Below, one piece after another: positions 1-13,864 of a stretch of 64,000 nt of DNA. Position 1 is the stretch's first letter; each line of letters starts with the position of its first letter. The stretch comes from Eledone cirrhosa (taxonomy: Eukaryota), in NCBI GenBank assembly GCA_964016885.1, contig OZ024759.1, positions 31,806,001 through 31,870,000 of the forward strand, in the 5' to 3' direction. The notes beneath the pieces were generated by a model, which saw only the letters and a program-made list of their open reading frames with translations, was not told where the DNA came from and did no database searches. The translations under genes were made by a program, and so were the position numbers.

Positions 1-15
1 ATGTGGATGATAAAG

Positions 16-280
16 TTATAACGATGATGATGGTGCCTTTGTGGTGATGATGATGGTGGTGTCTTTGTGGTGATGATGATGGTGCCTTTGTGATGATGAT
101 GATGGTGCCTTTGTGATGATGATGATGATGATGATGATGCCTTTGTGGTGATGATGATGATGCCATTGTGATGGTGATGATGGTGCCATTGTGGTGATGA
201 TGATGATGCCATTGTGGTGATGATGATGATGCCTTGGTGATGATGATGATGATGATGCCATTGTGGTGATGATGATTCCT
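16..280. repeat. (TGA)n-based minisatellite (TGATGATGATGGTGCC[T/A]TTGTGG)
   Basis: Direct tandem iterations visible. Confidence 0.85.
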
Positions 281-1213
281 TTGATTTTTTTTTTCTTTCT
301 TTCTTCCCTGTCTTTTTCTGTTTCTTAGTTCCACCCTCTACCTGCTACCATTCCCCTACCACCACCACCACCACCACTGCCACCACCACCACCACCACTG
401 CCACCACTGCCACCACCACCAGCACCACCACCACTGCCACCACCGCCACCACCACCACCACTATTTAGGTCCATCCCTACTCACTACCATTCTCCTCATC
501 AACCTGTTCACCATTCCAACCCCCACCCCCACATCTCATTAATTAAAGATATCAATTAGCTTATTGAGAGAAATATTGAAATTAATCATTGGAATAATTC
601 TTTGACCACTGAACATATTTTTCTCTCTTTCACCCCCTCCCCACTCTCTCTCCCCTCTCCCTCTTTCTTATTTTCTTTATTTCTCTCTTTCTCCTCGATC
701 TTTCTCTTTCAGATAATGTTTTTCAGATAATATTTTTCTCTCATAATTTCTCTTCTCAAGTTTTCATTCAGTCTCTTTCTCACTTAATCCTTCTTTCTCC
801 TTCTCTCTTTTCTCTCTCATTTAATTCACCTTCCTCTTTGTCAGTCTTTCTCTATTTCTCTCCCTCCCACTCTCTTAATCTCTTTTCTTTCTCCCTTTCA
901 CTGCATCATCTTCTAGCAAAGAAGAATTTGACAGAGAGATGTCAGTACTTTAATCTATTCTTAAATATTTGTGCCTTATCTAACAATGGTCAAGAGATGC
1001 CTGAGGGTTTTTCTCTTGTCTCTCAGTTACCAAATATACTTTGAAAGGGCTGTGGCGTTCTTCAGGTGGTGATAATGAAATCAGCTGTTTTGTTGATGCC
1101 AGCGACTTTTGAAAGAATCAACTGTAGCAATCATCATTGGCAACAACAACAACATACAAGAGTGGATGGAAAGAAAAGGAATATTGAAAATTACTTATAA
1201 CTTTTGACCTACT

Positions 1214-1560
1214 GTGACCACTTGGGACAACATCAATATTCATGCAAGATGGGCCTCTCCTTATTTTGCACACACTGTCAATGAGTGGTTCAATGTCCAA
1301 TTTCCAGGATGGAGGCTGGGTCATCAAGGTCCACTTGATTGGCCAGCAAGAAGCCCTGACTTAACGCCATGCCATTTTTTCCTGCGGGCGGGGTTGAAAG
1401 AAGAAGTTTATAGCTTAAAACCAAAAACTTTGCTTCAGTTGGAGGAACACATTCACAATATACTGACCACCATACCACCTGAGTTCCCAATGAAGTCAGT
1501 TGAGGATATACCCAGATGATTACAAATACTGGTGGACATACTGGTGCCTATGTAGAATGT
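1214..1560 (+). mobile_element. Tc1/mariner transposase C-terminal fragment (decayed)
   Basis: ORF contains WPARSPDLTPCHFFL..GLKEEVY..KPKTL.QLEEHI, the SPDLxPxD-type catalytic motif region. Confidence 0.85.
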
Positions 1561-1604
1561 TATCACTGCACTATACTTCTACTATTAAAATCATTCATCA
1601 TTCA

Positions 1605-1875
1605 TTCATTCATCATCATTTTACGTCTGCTTTTCCCTGCTTGCAAGGGTGGGACGGGAACTGATTCTGGCTTGATTTCTACAGCTGGATGCCCTTCCTA
1701 ACACCAACCTCATTTACAATGAGTGCTGGGTGCTTTTTTTTCCATGGCGCCTACATGTCCACTTTACAGTGTGGGCTGGGTGCTTTTTTGCCGTGGCACC
1801 TCCACGACCACTTTGCAGTGGAAAGATAGGGACCCCAGTCCCTATCATCTCATTTCTACAGCTGAGTAAACTGTA
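1605..1875 (-). mobile_element. 5'-truncated SINE with RTE-derived tail
   Basis: Matches full copies at 16565-16890 and 21460-21787. Confidence 0.75.
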
Positions 1876-2216
1876 AAATGTTCAAAATGTTCAAAATAAA
1901 ACATGTTTTCTGAAAATTGACCAATGATCAATAAATTTATTAACAATTTTAAATAGGGAGTTTCATTCCACCCACCCAGTATATTTAAAACTGAATGTCT
2001 CAGGAAAGAATCGCTGGACAGATTTTACGGGCGAAACCAACAGGTAGGAAACCCAGGGATAGACCCCAACCTTTGCTGGTCACGATTGGGGATCTAGCCG
2101 GATCAGTTGGAGACGGTTGCTGCTGGAGGGAGTGTTTGAGGGCTCTGACCCTATGACCTTCTCAGTAATAAGTGGGCAAAGAAGAAGAAGGGTTTCTGTC
2201 CTAAACAATCTTTTAA

Positions 2217-2424
2217 CTCTTTAGTTTCCACATTACTCTATATATATATTATTGTATTTTTGTGGTAAATGGTTTATCTTACATAACTATCTCATCTATG
2301 AGATTTTGATATTTATTTTGAGAACAATACCATAACAACAGTATGAGTAGCCAGTTACGACCAGTTTGAACAGAAAGAGATGAGAGAATTCTGGCCAGAT
2401 ATGCCCAGTTTAAATGCTAAAGGG
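2217..2424. mobile_element. piggyBac-like MITE, family 1
   Basis: TTAA on both flanks, right end TAAATGCTAAAGGG; second copy at 20585-20807. Confidence 0.65.
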
Positions 2425-3026
2425 TTAATCAATCTGCCTAGTGAAATTGAACCAGGAGCAACAAGGTTCCAAAACAAGCTTCTTAACCACACAGTAGCCA
2501 TGTTTTTTCTGCACCAATAAATAAAGAGAGAGAATATAATAAATAAATCGTAACTGCTGATTTGCATGCATGTCCATTGTTTCAACATAAGCTGCCTATT
2601 TATAACTGGACAGACGGCAACATCTATAATTTACAACCTAAAAATACACACAGTGGGAGGAGGCAGCAGGCAAGCTGATATGTGGTCAATCGACATGCTA
2701 GAAATAGTAGTTAACTACCCAAATCATACCATACCATTGTACCATATTGTCTTAAACATTTTGTTACAGATTTCTTATGGAAGACACTGTCTGTGATTTT
2801 CAAAGAAAAATTATTTGGGGAAAAAAAAAAAAATCAAGAATTTGGAAGGATTTAATAGTATATATTTGGCGTTATTAATATGGTGTTTGGAACATAACTT
2901 AACAAAGGTTTAATATAGAATTATGATAGAAGATTTTAGATAAAGACAAACACTTTAAAATAAGTATTGGATAGTGTAGACATAGAGACACTCACACATA
3001 TATATAAACATGTGTATGTATGTGTG

Positions 3027-3059
<33 letters not shown>

Positions 3060-3064
3060 ATATG

Positions 3065-3110
<46 letters not shown>

Positions 3111-3129
3111 CATGTGTATATATATATAT

Positions 3130-3310
3130 ATCATCATCATCATCATCATTTTACGTCCGCTTTTCCCTGCTTGCAAGGGTTGGATGGGTCCTATTCAGCA
3201 CAGCATCTCTCCACCTGTCACGGTCCTTCGTCATCTCCCCCGTGAGTTTTAGTGATCTGAGGTCTGCTCTCACCACCTCCGCCCATGTTTTTCGTGGTCT
3301 ACCTCTACTG
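3130..3310 (-). mobile_element. RTE LINE 3' end fragment
   Basis: Reverse-complement match to ~3955-4125, (GAT)n tail. Confidence 0.75.
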
Positions 3311-3734
3311 CACATATATATATATATATATATGAATGTATGTACAGTATATTTGGCAATATATCTTATGTTTAATTAAAAACATTTTGAAGACCATACG
3401 CTATTGTATCTTTATGGATTTCAGAGCTTGTGTGTATGTGTGTATATGTATGTATATGTGTGTGTGTAAGAAGTAAGTCTAGACCAGCAGTTAAGTAATA
3501 ACAGAAGTAATGAGAAGACAATAAAGTGTTGACAATAAAGTCACCTCTGTACAAGACCAAACATGAAACAGAAGTTTAAAACACCAGGACAAAAATTAGG
3601 CTTCTTGGTGGACACATCTACTGTGAGAAATAGCACTCCAAAATCCAGGTCTGGATTGTGATTTGACCATTGAAACTATTGTAAACGAATAAATATTTTT
3701 TCAAAAATTTGGTTGTTTATTCTCCCAATATATG

Positions 3735-4126
3735 CAGCGGCTGGAGAGAGAAATGAAGCAGGCATGCTCCGTTGGATGTGCAATGTCAATGTGCATGAAC
3801 GGCCAAGCATGGATGAGTTGAGAGAGAAACTCGGTATAAGAGGGATAAGGTGTAGTGTGCGGGAGAGAAGACTGCAATGGTATGGACTTGTGATGTGCAT
3901 GGAGGATGACCGCTGGGTAAAGAAGTGCCAAGAAATCCCAGTAGAAGGAACACGCAGTCGAGGAAGACCACAAAAAACATGGGCGGAGGTGGTGAGAGCA
4001 GACCTCAGATCGCTGAAGCTCACGGTGGAGATGATGAAGGACCGTGACAAGTGGAGAGATGCTGTGCTGAATAGGACCCATCCCACCCTTGAAAGCAGGG
4101 AAAAGCGGATGTAAAATGATGATGAT
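3735..4126 (+). mobile_element. RTE-clade LINE 3' end
   Basis: MLRWMCNV..ELREKLGI..RRLQWYG..RSRGRPQKTW typical of RTE ORF C-terminus; (GAT)n tail. Confidence 0.85.
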
Positions 4127-4277
4127 ATATATATATATATATATATGTGTTAGGTAATTCCGAAGAAAAAGCAAAGTAAAAAAGAGTGCTCTATGTATAG
4201 AACAGACCTATTTAATATTATCTGGGATCCAGAAACCTTTGGTAATGGAGTAGTTAGATTTTGTGTTGCCCACTTTC

Positions 4278-4316
<39 letters not shown>

Positions 4317-4636
4317 CAGAAGATAGGTTGCTTATGTGTGGTTGTTACATTATAACTTCTTGTTGATAAGCTGAACTAATTCTGGCTTGATTTCTACAGC
4401 TGGGTGCCCTTCCTAACACCATGGATATATACATACATTTATATCATCATCATCACCATAACTACCATCATCATTGCCATCACCATCATCATCACTCCCC
4501 CTTACCATTGTCATCATGGTTTCACTTAATTCCTTACCACTCTTCCATTATTTAATGTCTCAGAGGATGGCGGATTGATAGAATCATGAGAGTATCAGAC
4601 AAAATGCTTAGCAGTATTTGTTCTGAGTTCAAATCC

Positions 4637-5428
4637 TACTCTTTCCAGTGGGTCCTGTCAGAAGCAACCATCTCCAACTGATCCGGCTGGATCCCCAAGT
4701 GGGACCAGCCAAGATCATGGATGTTATCCAACCATCTTGCTTGGGGTCTACCTCTGGGTCTCCTCATGGTTGGTTTTGCCTGTAAAATCTGTCCAGAGAT
4801 TCTTTCCTGAGACATTCTGACCACATGCCCATAGTATCGGAGTTGTGGTCTCTCAATTCGGACAAGTAGCAGCTCTACCTGGAGCAACTCTCCAGCAATT
4901 CTTTCCTGAGACATTCTAACCACATGTTCATAGTATCGGAGCTGTGATCAATCTATTCGGACAAGTAGCAGCTCTACCTGGAGCAACTCTCCAGCAATTC
5001 TTTCCTGTGACATTCTAACCACATGTCCATAGTATCGGAGCTGTGGTCTCTCAATTCGGACAAGTAGCAGCTCTACCTGGAGCAACTCTCCAGCAATTCT
5101 TTCCTGAGACATTCTAACCACATGTTCATAGTATCGGAGCTGTGATCAATCTATTCGGACAAGTAGCAGCTCTACCTGGAGTGACTCTCTAATCTCTGAG
5201 CTACGCACTCTATTGAGTAATGTTACACCAAAGACCTTTTGGAGGAATCGCATTTTAGCCGCTTGTATTCATGATTGTATTATTTCGGTCATTACCCAAG
5301 ATTCATGACCATAGGTAATGGTTGGCAAGAATATCAAATTGAAGATAGCCACTTTGGTTTTTACACCTACCTCCCTTCTGATTACAGAATGCTGAAGCTG
5401 GCACATTATTGCACCAGCTTATGCAATT
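4637..5428 (-). mobile_element. RTE-like LINE fragment containing a 4x 99-bp tandem amplification
   Basis: QLRYYGHVVRM..RRPRGRPQARWLD; 99-bp units start near 4800, 4899, 4998, 5097. Confidence 0.8.
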
Positions 5429-5469
5429 CTTGCTGGTTCAATAATATATATATATATATATATATATAA

Positions 5470-5680
5470 GGATGTGAGAAAAACCACAAACCCTCCATCT
5501 CAATCCTACTTTTGAAAAGCAGAAGAACTGCAAAACCGGTAAAGGAACCAAATAAATATATATATTTTTTAAAAAATAAGACTCCAGTTGCATTTTCGAT
5601 TTCACCTTTTTTTCCTTATACTTTCACTCGTGTAGGACACCTCAGTCTTTTTTCATTTTGTAAAAAAACTCACTTTCTAA
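5470..5680 (+). mobile_element. Putative Penelope-like terminal remnant with decayed HHR-like motif
   Basis: Homologous to 34290-34500; AAAACCGGTAAAG tail resembles GAAACCGGTA; (TA)n flanks. Confidence 0.4.
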
Positions 5681-5699
5681 TATATATATATATATATAT

Positions 5700-6040
5700 C
5701 ATCATCATCATCGTTTAACGTCCATCTTCCACGCTAGCATGGGTTTGGACGGGAATTTTCCCACTTGAGGCAAGATTGGTTGTCTTGCTCGTATAGGACT
5801 GTCTGGCGGGTTTTCTATGGCTGGATGCCCTTCCTAACACCAACCACGTTTACAGTGTGGACTGGGAGGTTTTTACCGTGTTACCTACATGGCCACATTA
5901 CAGCGTGGACTGTGTGTTTTTTTTGTCGTGACACCTACACGACCTCATTTATTTAGGACTGAATGTTGTGGTACCAACATAGCTTTACATCGAAGGGGCG
6001 TGGGGGTGTGGATGGGGTGGGGGTAGTGGGACGGGGGTGT
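5700..6040 (-). mobile_element. SINE/LINE-tail repeat (AGGAAGGGCATCCAGC family)
   Basis: Near-identical copy at 10200-10540. Confidence 0.7.
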
Positions 6041-6129
6041 ATTTTGGTATACATATATATATATAGAGAGAGAGAGATAGATTGTGTGTGTGTGAAACAG
6101 AGAGGAGGTGAGAAAGAGATATAGAAAAA

Positions 6130-6285
6130 TTGACCCCAGTATTATGCTGGTAGATATATTTTTTTATCAACCTTGAAAAGATGAAAGGCAAAGTTGACTA
6201 TGCTAGTTTTTGAACTCAAAGTGCAGAGAGCTGGAATATATAGCATGAAGCATTCTATCCGATGTTCTCCTGATTCTGCTAAATC
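6130..6285 (-). mobile_element. Diverged tRNA-derived SINE with Meta-like domain
   Basis: GATGAAAGGCAAAGTTGAC core. Confidence 0.65.
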
Positions 6286-6520
6286 ACTGATGTATGTGTT
6301 TGTATGTATGTATGTATGTGTGTGTGTGTGTTTGTTTATCCATTTGTGCATATGAATGTATGTACATAAGCACATATTTTCATATGCACACATAAATGTA
6401 CAGATTTATACATATGTACATTTATGTATACACACATGCACTTGTAATATATTTAATATAGTATTATCGAAATGTGAAGTTTATTCCTTTTTATTGGGTG
6501 CTTTGTTAGAGCTTTGCACT

Positions 6521-6584
<64 letters not shown>

Positions 6585-6729
6585 AGTGTGTGTGTTTCTG
6601 TGAAAGATTTGTGTAATAAACTCTAAATACGTTAGTGCTTTGAAAAGCTTCATTGAAAAATTATGCACTCATACACATATCATCATCATCATCATATGTC
6701 CACTTTACATCCCTCTTCAGCACATCTCT

Positions 6730-6791
<62 letters not shown>

Positions 6792-8459
6792 GTATATATA
6801 TGTATATATAATGTATTTCCGTAGAAAAAGTAAAGGAAAAAAAAAAAATTTATACACATACATACACATATATACCTACATATACATACATATATATATA
6901 TACATATACACATATATACCTACATATACACTACACACACATATATATACATATACATATACATATACTTACATATACACACATATATATATATATACAT
7001 ACATACACATATACATTTATATATACATATATATATATAAACATATAGTATCTATTACTAATATATCTACATATATACACACACACACACATATATATGT
7101 ATACATACATACATACACATATCATATACATATACACATATATAAATATACATACGCACACACACATATATATATATACACATATATACATACACATGCA
7201 CACACACACATATATATATATACATACATATAGTATCTATTACTAATATACCTGCATATATATACATATATATATACACACATACATTCACATATACATA
7301 TACCTACATATACACGCATATATATACATATTACGTACACATATACATACATATATATATATACATATAGTAGCTATTACTAATATACCTGCATATATAT
7401 AGATATATATATATACACACATACATTCACATATACATATACCTACATATACACGCATATATATACATATTACGTACACATATACATACATATATATATA
7501 CATATAGTATTTATTACTAATAAAGATTATCTTCACACATCTTATAGTCTTACTGGCTTATTCATTTCTGTCAATTTATTTCCAACATTTTCCCATCAGT
7601 CCAACTGGACTTCCTAATACTTCTTTCTCTTTGTCTCTTTCTTTTCTTCTATTCAACAAAAGCTATTTGGCTCTCCATCTTATTCTATTTTTCTCTTCCT
7701 CTGGCTTTTGTTTTTTTTCTATATTTCTTACTTTCGTTCCTTCTCTCTCTCTCTCTCTCTCCTCTTCCCCTCTTTCAAACTTCCCTTTCTTTCTCTCTCT
7801 CTCCCCTTTGTCTCTTTCAATCTTCCTTTTCTTTCTCACTTACTTTCTTTCCCTCTCTTTCTCCTTCCTTTTCTTCTGTTCCACAAAAGCTATTTTGCTT
7901 TCCAACATATTCATTTTTTAACTACCTTAGTTTTTTGTTTCTTTGTTTCTTTCTTTCTTTCTTTATAACTGACCTTTTTCTTTCATTCTTTCTCTCTCTT
8001 TCACTGTTTCTTTCTTTTTCCTATTCTCCTTCCTCTTTTCATGTACTTCATACTCTTTTTTTTACTACTTCTGACCTCATGTTTCTCCTTTCCTTTTTGT
8101 TGTTGTTGTTTCTACCCATTCTTTCTTCTTTTCTGTTTGTCGCCTTGTCTCTCTGGTGGTCTTTCTTTCTTTCTGCCTCTCTCTCTCTGCTTGCCTGACT
8201 GTCTGCTGGTCTCTCCCTCTGCTTGCCTGTCTGTCTGTCTGTCTGTCTCTCTCTGTCCCTGTATCACTCTCTGTCTGATTGTCTGTCTGCCTGTCTCTAT
8301 CCATCTCCCCCCCCCCCCACTCTCCTACAGTAATACTCAGTAATCTCCCCACATACTTCACTACCCCCCCCCCCCCCCCCTGCCGCCGCACCATTTAATC
8401 TCTTTTCCAGTTTCTGTTCTACAATATTATTTTTAAAAAAGTCCCTGCAGAACCTGGTC

Positions 8460-9178
8460 GGGGTTGGGGTGCTGGTGAGAGTGGAGGTGTGGTGGGGTAG
8501 CGGTGGGGGTTGGGGTGCTGGTGAGAGTGCAGGTGGGGTGGGGTAGCGGTGGGGGTTGGGGTGCTGGTGAGAGTGGAGGTGTGGTGGGGTAGCGGTGGGG
8601 GTTGGGATAGTGGTGAGAGTGCAGGTGGAGTGGGGTAGTGGTGGGGGTTGGGGTGCTGGTGAGAGTGGAGGTGCGGTGGGGGTTGGGGTGCTGGTGAGAG
8701 TGGAGGTGTGGTGGGGTAGCGGTGGGGGTTGGGGTGCTGGTGAGAGTGGAGGTGTGGTGGGGTAGCAGTGGGGGTTGGGGTGCTGGTGAGAGTGGAGGTG
8801 TGGTGGGGTTGGGGTGCTGGTGAGAGTGGAGGTGTGGTGGGGTAGCAGTGGGGGTTGGGGTGCTGGTGAGAGTGGAGGTGTGGTGGGGTTGGGGTGCTGG
8901 TGAGAGTGGAGGTGTGGTGGGGTAGCGGTGGGGGTTGGGGTGCTGGTGAGAGTGGAGGTGTGGTGGGGTAGCAGTGGGGGTTGGGGTGCTGGTGAGAGTG
9001 GAGGTGTGGTGGGGTTGGGGTGCTGGTGAGAGTGGAGGTGTGGTGGGGTAGCAGTGGGGGTTGGGGTGCTGGTGAGAGTGGAGGTGTGGTGGGGTTGGGG
9101 TGCTGGTGAGAGTGGAGGTGTGGTGGGGTAGCGGTGGGGGTTGGGATAGTGGTGAGAGTGCAGGTGGGGTGGGGTACT
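8460..9178 (+). repeat. G-rich minisatellite, 36/45-bp units
   Basis: GGGGTTGGGGTGCTGGTGAGAGTGGAGGTGTGGT(GGGGTAGCGGTG) iterated. Confidence 0.9.
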
Positions 9179-9979
9179 GGTCGTTTCTTTTTAATTTACT
9201 CAACTGTTGTATCTGACCAAATCTTTCTTCTTTTTAGTCCTTTCTTTCTCTCTCCCTTGCTCTCTTTCTCACTTTCTTTCTCTCTTTCTTTCCCTCTTTC
9301 TCTCTCTCTTTCTTTCTCTCTTTCTTTCTATCTTTCTCTCTCTCTCTCCCTCTCTCTCTCTTTCCTTCCTTCCTTTCTTTCTTCTTTCCTCCCCCCTTCC
9401 CCCCTTCCCCATTATTTGGCTGTGTTTGCTGTCGTCAATGACATCACTACAGAGACAGTGGTCGACTAATCCCCACACTTAAAGACATCAATACGATGAT
9501 AAACAAATATATACATACATATATGTATATATATATATGTATATATGTATATATATATATGTATGTATATATATGTATATATATATATGTATGTATGTGT
9601 ATATATATAAATATATGTATGTATGTGTATATATATATGTATGTGTATATATATATATATATATATATAGGTATGTATGTGTGTATATATATATGTATGT
9701 ATGTGTGTATATATATATGTATGTATGTGTATATATATATATATGTATGTATGTGTGTATATATATATGTATGTATGTGTATATATATATATATATGTAT
9801 GTGTATATATATATATATATGTATGTGTATATATATATGCATGTATGTGTATATATATATATATTTATATGTATGTATGTGTATATATATATATATTTAT
9901 ATGTATGTATGTGTATGTATATGTTTATATGTATGTATATATATATGTATGTGTATATATATATATATGTAAGTATATA

Positions 9980-10197
9980 TGTAGATAAATCTACCAAAAT
10001 AAAACGGTAGTGTCCAATCCGTATGAAGAACTCAATGTAATCCAAATATACAAGATATCATGAAGGAGAAGATACATTCAAAAATCAACGATAAAAATCA
10101 TAGGAAAACAGAGTCAAGATAAATTAATAAAAACAATGAAATAAACACAAAGAACAGGTTCCTTATATTAAAAAATTCATCATTTTACGATCGTTTC
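9980..10197 (-). mobile_element. Penelope-like terminal remnant with 3' half of an HHR
   Basis: Minus strand GAAAC-GATC-GTA at ~10186-10197, truncated by adjacent SINE; body homologous to ~52200-52262. Confidence 0.45.
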
Positions 10198-10199
10198 TC

Positions 10200-10540
10200 T
10201 ATCATCATCATCATTGTTTAACGTCCATCTTCCACGCTTGCATGGGTTTGGACGGAAGTTTTCCCACTTGAGGCAAGAGTGGTTGTCTTGCTCGCATAGG
10301 ACTGTCTGGCAGGTTTTCTACGGCTGGATGCCCTTCCTAACACCAACCATGTTTACAGTGTGGACTGGGAGGTTTTTACCGTGTTACCTACACGGCCACA
10401 TTACAGCGTGGACTGTGTGTTTTTTTGTCGTGACACCTACACGACCTCATTTGTTTCGGACTGAATGTTGTGGTACAACATAGCTTTACATCGAAGGGGG
10501 GTGTGTGTGGATGGGGTGGGGGTAGTGGGACGTGGGTCTA
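10200..10540 (-). mobile_element. SINE/LINE-tail repeat, copy of 5700-6040
   Basis: Direct similarity. Confidence 0.7.
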
Positions 10541-10960
10541 TTTTTGTTAGAGATGCCTACTGACTGTAGTAGGTTTCACTTTGTACTTAGGTAAGGCGGG
10601 TCTTCTGTATTACTTGTAAGTATGTATATATTTATATTGGAATAAATGGTACCACTCTTAAATAACTGAAACTGTAGTGATTTCCAAAGGTTGACTGAGG
10701 AGATGGAACTGTCTGTCTTTCTGTTGTTTTTTCCATTGTCTTTGTTCTGTGCACCCTCTATTTTGAATACATAACAGCAAAAGCTTGATTGCAGGGCAGA
10801 GAATTCTAATAATATCTACACTTTACTTGTCTTAAGTATTGAGTTCCAAGTTGAATAATGGTTTTACTGGTCTTAACAAGTTACATTCTATATATATACA
10901 CATACATGCATATATATATATATATATACATATCTATCTATATATATATGCATACATATT

Positions 10961-11004
<44 letters not shown>

Positions 11005-11128
11005 CATATACATGTATATATATATATATGTATATATATATACATATATATATATGTATATATGTATATATATACATATATATACCCTTACTAGCATGGA
11101 AGATGGATGTTAAACGATAATGATGAAA

Positions 11129-11205
11129 CAGGGTGTCCTAAAAAATGTATACACACTTCAATTAGAATGCTGTTGAAGTGTGTATACATTTTTTTAAATA
11201 TCCTG
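11129..11205. mobile_element. 77-bp Tc1/mariner-type MITE
   Basis: ~33-bp imperfect TIRs starting CAGGGTGTCC / ending TATCCTG, TA on right flank. Confidence 0.7.
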
Positions 11206-11206
11206 T

Positions 11207-11237
<31 letters not shown>

Positions 11238-11914
11238 AACACACACACACATATATATACACACATACACACATATATATATACACATACACACATATAT
11301 ATATACACTCACACATATATATATAAATAACAATCAATTATATAAAACTATAATAATGAATAAATCATTAAAAAAAATAGACAAAAAGAGGGAGAAAAGA
11401 AAAAAATGAAAATAACAACAACAACAACAACAACAACAACGAACCACTTTCAATCAAATTTGGTAACAAATAATTTATCATTTCACTAATTTCATCAGGA
11501 AACAATACAACAACAACAGCTGCAGCAATTACAACAACAACAACACCATCATCGTCTCCACCACCACCATCACCACCTCCACCACCATCACCACCATCAC
11601 CCCAACCACCACCAACAACAACAAAACAGTGCACCACCACCACCACCACCATCATCACCACCAACAACAACAACACTAACATATGCAGCACAATTTATGT
11701 AATGTTTAGAAGCCAAAATATTTTTGTTTTTGTTTGGTTGTTTTATTCTAGTTTTTAAATTTAGTTAATAGAAAAAATAAAACGAAAAATATATATAAAT
11801 AAAAAAACAAACAAAAAATATTAAAATACATAGCTTTATCTATCTATCTAATTATCTATCTATCTAATTATCTATCTATCTACATGCCTCCCTACCTATC
11901 TATCTATTTACCTA

Positions 11915-12402
11915 AAACGAAGGAGAAGCGATTTTCCTTTGTGTGATAGCTATGGCGAAAGAGGTTGTATGGGGCACGAGGTTAAAAGGGCTGAGGTCAG
12001 ACACCTTTCTCTCCGGCCAACAACTGATTCTTTTTTTCAAATACCATTTTGGAAGAAGAATCAGGATGGAGAGAGAGGTGCTGCACCCCAGCAAGTTTTA
12101 TGAAAGGTGGGTGAAAGTGGCGAGAATGGCCCGAGTGAATGGCCTTCTCTCTATATCAGCCTGTAGGCTGAGGGAAAAGTGGAAGAGAGGAAAGGGGTAC
12201 AAACTCTTCGCAACTCCTGGAGATGAGGATTGCACATTTTTTCGGGGGTATGTGTTACCCATATGAAATGTCTCCTCCTATTGGGGAAAATCGATTAACT
12301 TTTAAATTGTATTTGTGATAATATTTTACATGTTTTTATTGTATGTAAACTTCCCCCTTTGTATTTGTCCTCTTCTTTTGTGCCCTTGTGGCTAATAAAG
12401 AA
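11915..12402 (+). mobile_element. L1/Tx1-like LINE 3' end
   Basis: AMAKEVVWGTR..ILFFKYH..RIRMER..FYERW; 3' UTR ending AATAAAGAA; related copy at 47928-48385; clade is inference. Confidence 0.6.
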
Positions 12403-12572
12403 ACATATCTAATTATCTAGCTATCTAATAATTATCTATCTATCTACCTGCCTCGCTACCTATCTAACTATCTACTTACCTGCCTACCTATCTAATTCTC
12501 CCATCTATCTATCTGCCTGTCTATATACACCCATAAAAGAACAGTATCTATATACATATATGGTATGGTATG

Positions 12573-12895
12573 GTAAGGTCCCGTAACCCCCGAAGGAGTC
12601 GTAGGGGCGCCATATTGACATACAGCTTTTCTAGGGCATTTTTTAAACCTGGCAGAGCCCATGCCCTCTCCAGGTCTGAATACAGCAGATTTCTTCTAGA
12701 GAAAGATAAAGAGAGTAAGAAAATGGAAATGAGAAAGAGATATAGAGGAAGAATTGATCCCAGTACTTGACTGGTACTTCTTTTATCAACCATGAATGGA
12801 TGAAAGGCAAAGTTGACCTCAGCGGGATTTGAACTCAGAGAGCAGAGTCAGAATGAATACTACAAAGTGTTCTAATGACTACCAATTCACTGCCT
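12573..12895 (-). mobile_element. Meta-like SINE with alternative 3' tail
   Basis: B-box GAGTTCAAATCC plus core; same tail at ~18080-18180, 32310-32415, 59905-60005. Confidence 0.65.
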
Positions 12896-12935
12896 GTATA
12901 TATATATATATATATATAAACATATATCTATCTAT

Positions 12936-13356
12936 CTAGGGCGGGTAAAATTCCCGAGATCCATGGACGAGTTCTCTCCAGCGGTCTCTGTCCCTCATCA
13001 TCTCTGCCATGTCCTGCGTCTCCAAGAGACCAGTGTCTGTCCTTAGGGCATCAACATATGTTAACCTTGGTCTTCCTCTTCCAGTGTGTAAATGCATGGG
13101 CTCCCACAGGAGCACTGAGTGCAGTGTCAACTCTGGATGTCGGTGAGCATGTCCAGCTAACCTCAGTCTCCTCTGTGCTACTCTCGAGCTGACTTTTGGG
13201 AGGCTCCCGTACAGCTCTGAGTTCTTCATCCTCAGTGTATACTGATTATTGTTCAGAGCCATCCACAGCATTCTCGTGTAGCACCCATCCACCACCTGAG
13301 TGAGTTTCTTGGTCAGTGTCCAAGTCTCAGACCCATACAGCAGCACAGACTCCACT
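12936..13356 (-). mobile_element. RTE LINE 3' end
   Basis: ESVLLYGSETWTLT..DGCYTRML..RRLRLAGH..RGRPRLTY. Confidence 0.9.
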
Positions 13357-13864
13357 CTACATACATAGAAATAAAAATAACTAAAGATACAAAAGATATT
13401 TTATTAATAATCTTTGAAAGTCTATGATATTAGTTTCAGTGGAGTCATCATGGCCTTGTGTTTAAGAAGTTAGCTTCGCAATCATTAGGCTTTGGGTTTG
13501 ATCTCACTTTGTTATATTTTGAGCAAGTGTCATTTACCATAGCATTGGGTTGACTGGAGCCTTGTGAGTGAAATTGGGTAGACAGAAACTGTTTGGAAGT
13601 CCATCGAGTAGATTATGTCTAACCTAAAGAGCCAGCCCTCTGTTTGGTATCTATCTCAACCTGGTGGATTGTGTTCCCAATTGGGTAGATTGTGCCTGTA
13701 ATATAAAGAGCCAGCTTTCTGTTTAGTAGCTCAATTGGGTGGGTTGTACCTGGAATTCAAGAATCCTTCTTTCACACACACACACACACTGAATCTCATC
13801 AACAACAATAGCAATCATAACCACCACACACACACACGTGCAAACAGCGCATTTCTTTTTCTAT

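Noticed and set aside
11465-11505. Minus-strand CTGATGA-AATTAGT-GAAA
   Set aside because: No stem I complementarity; probably chance
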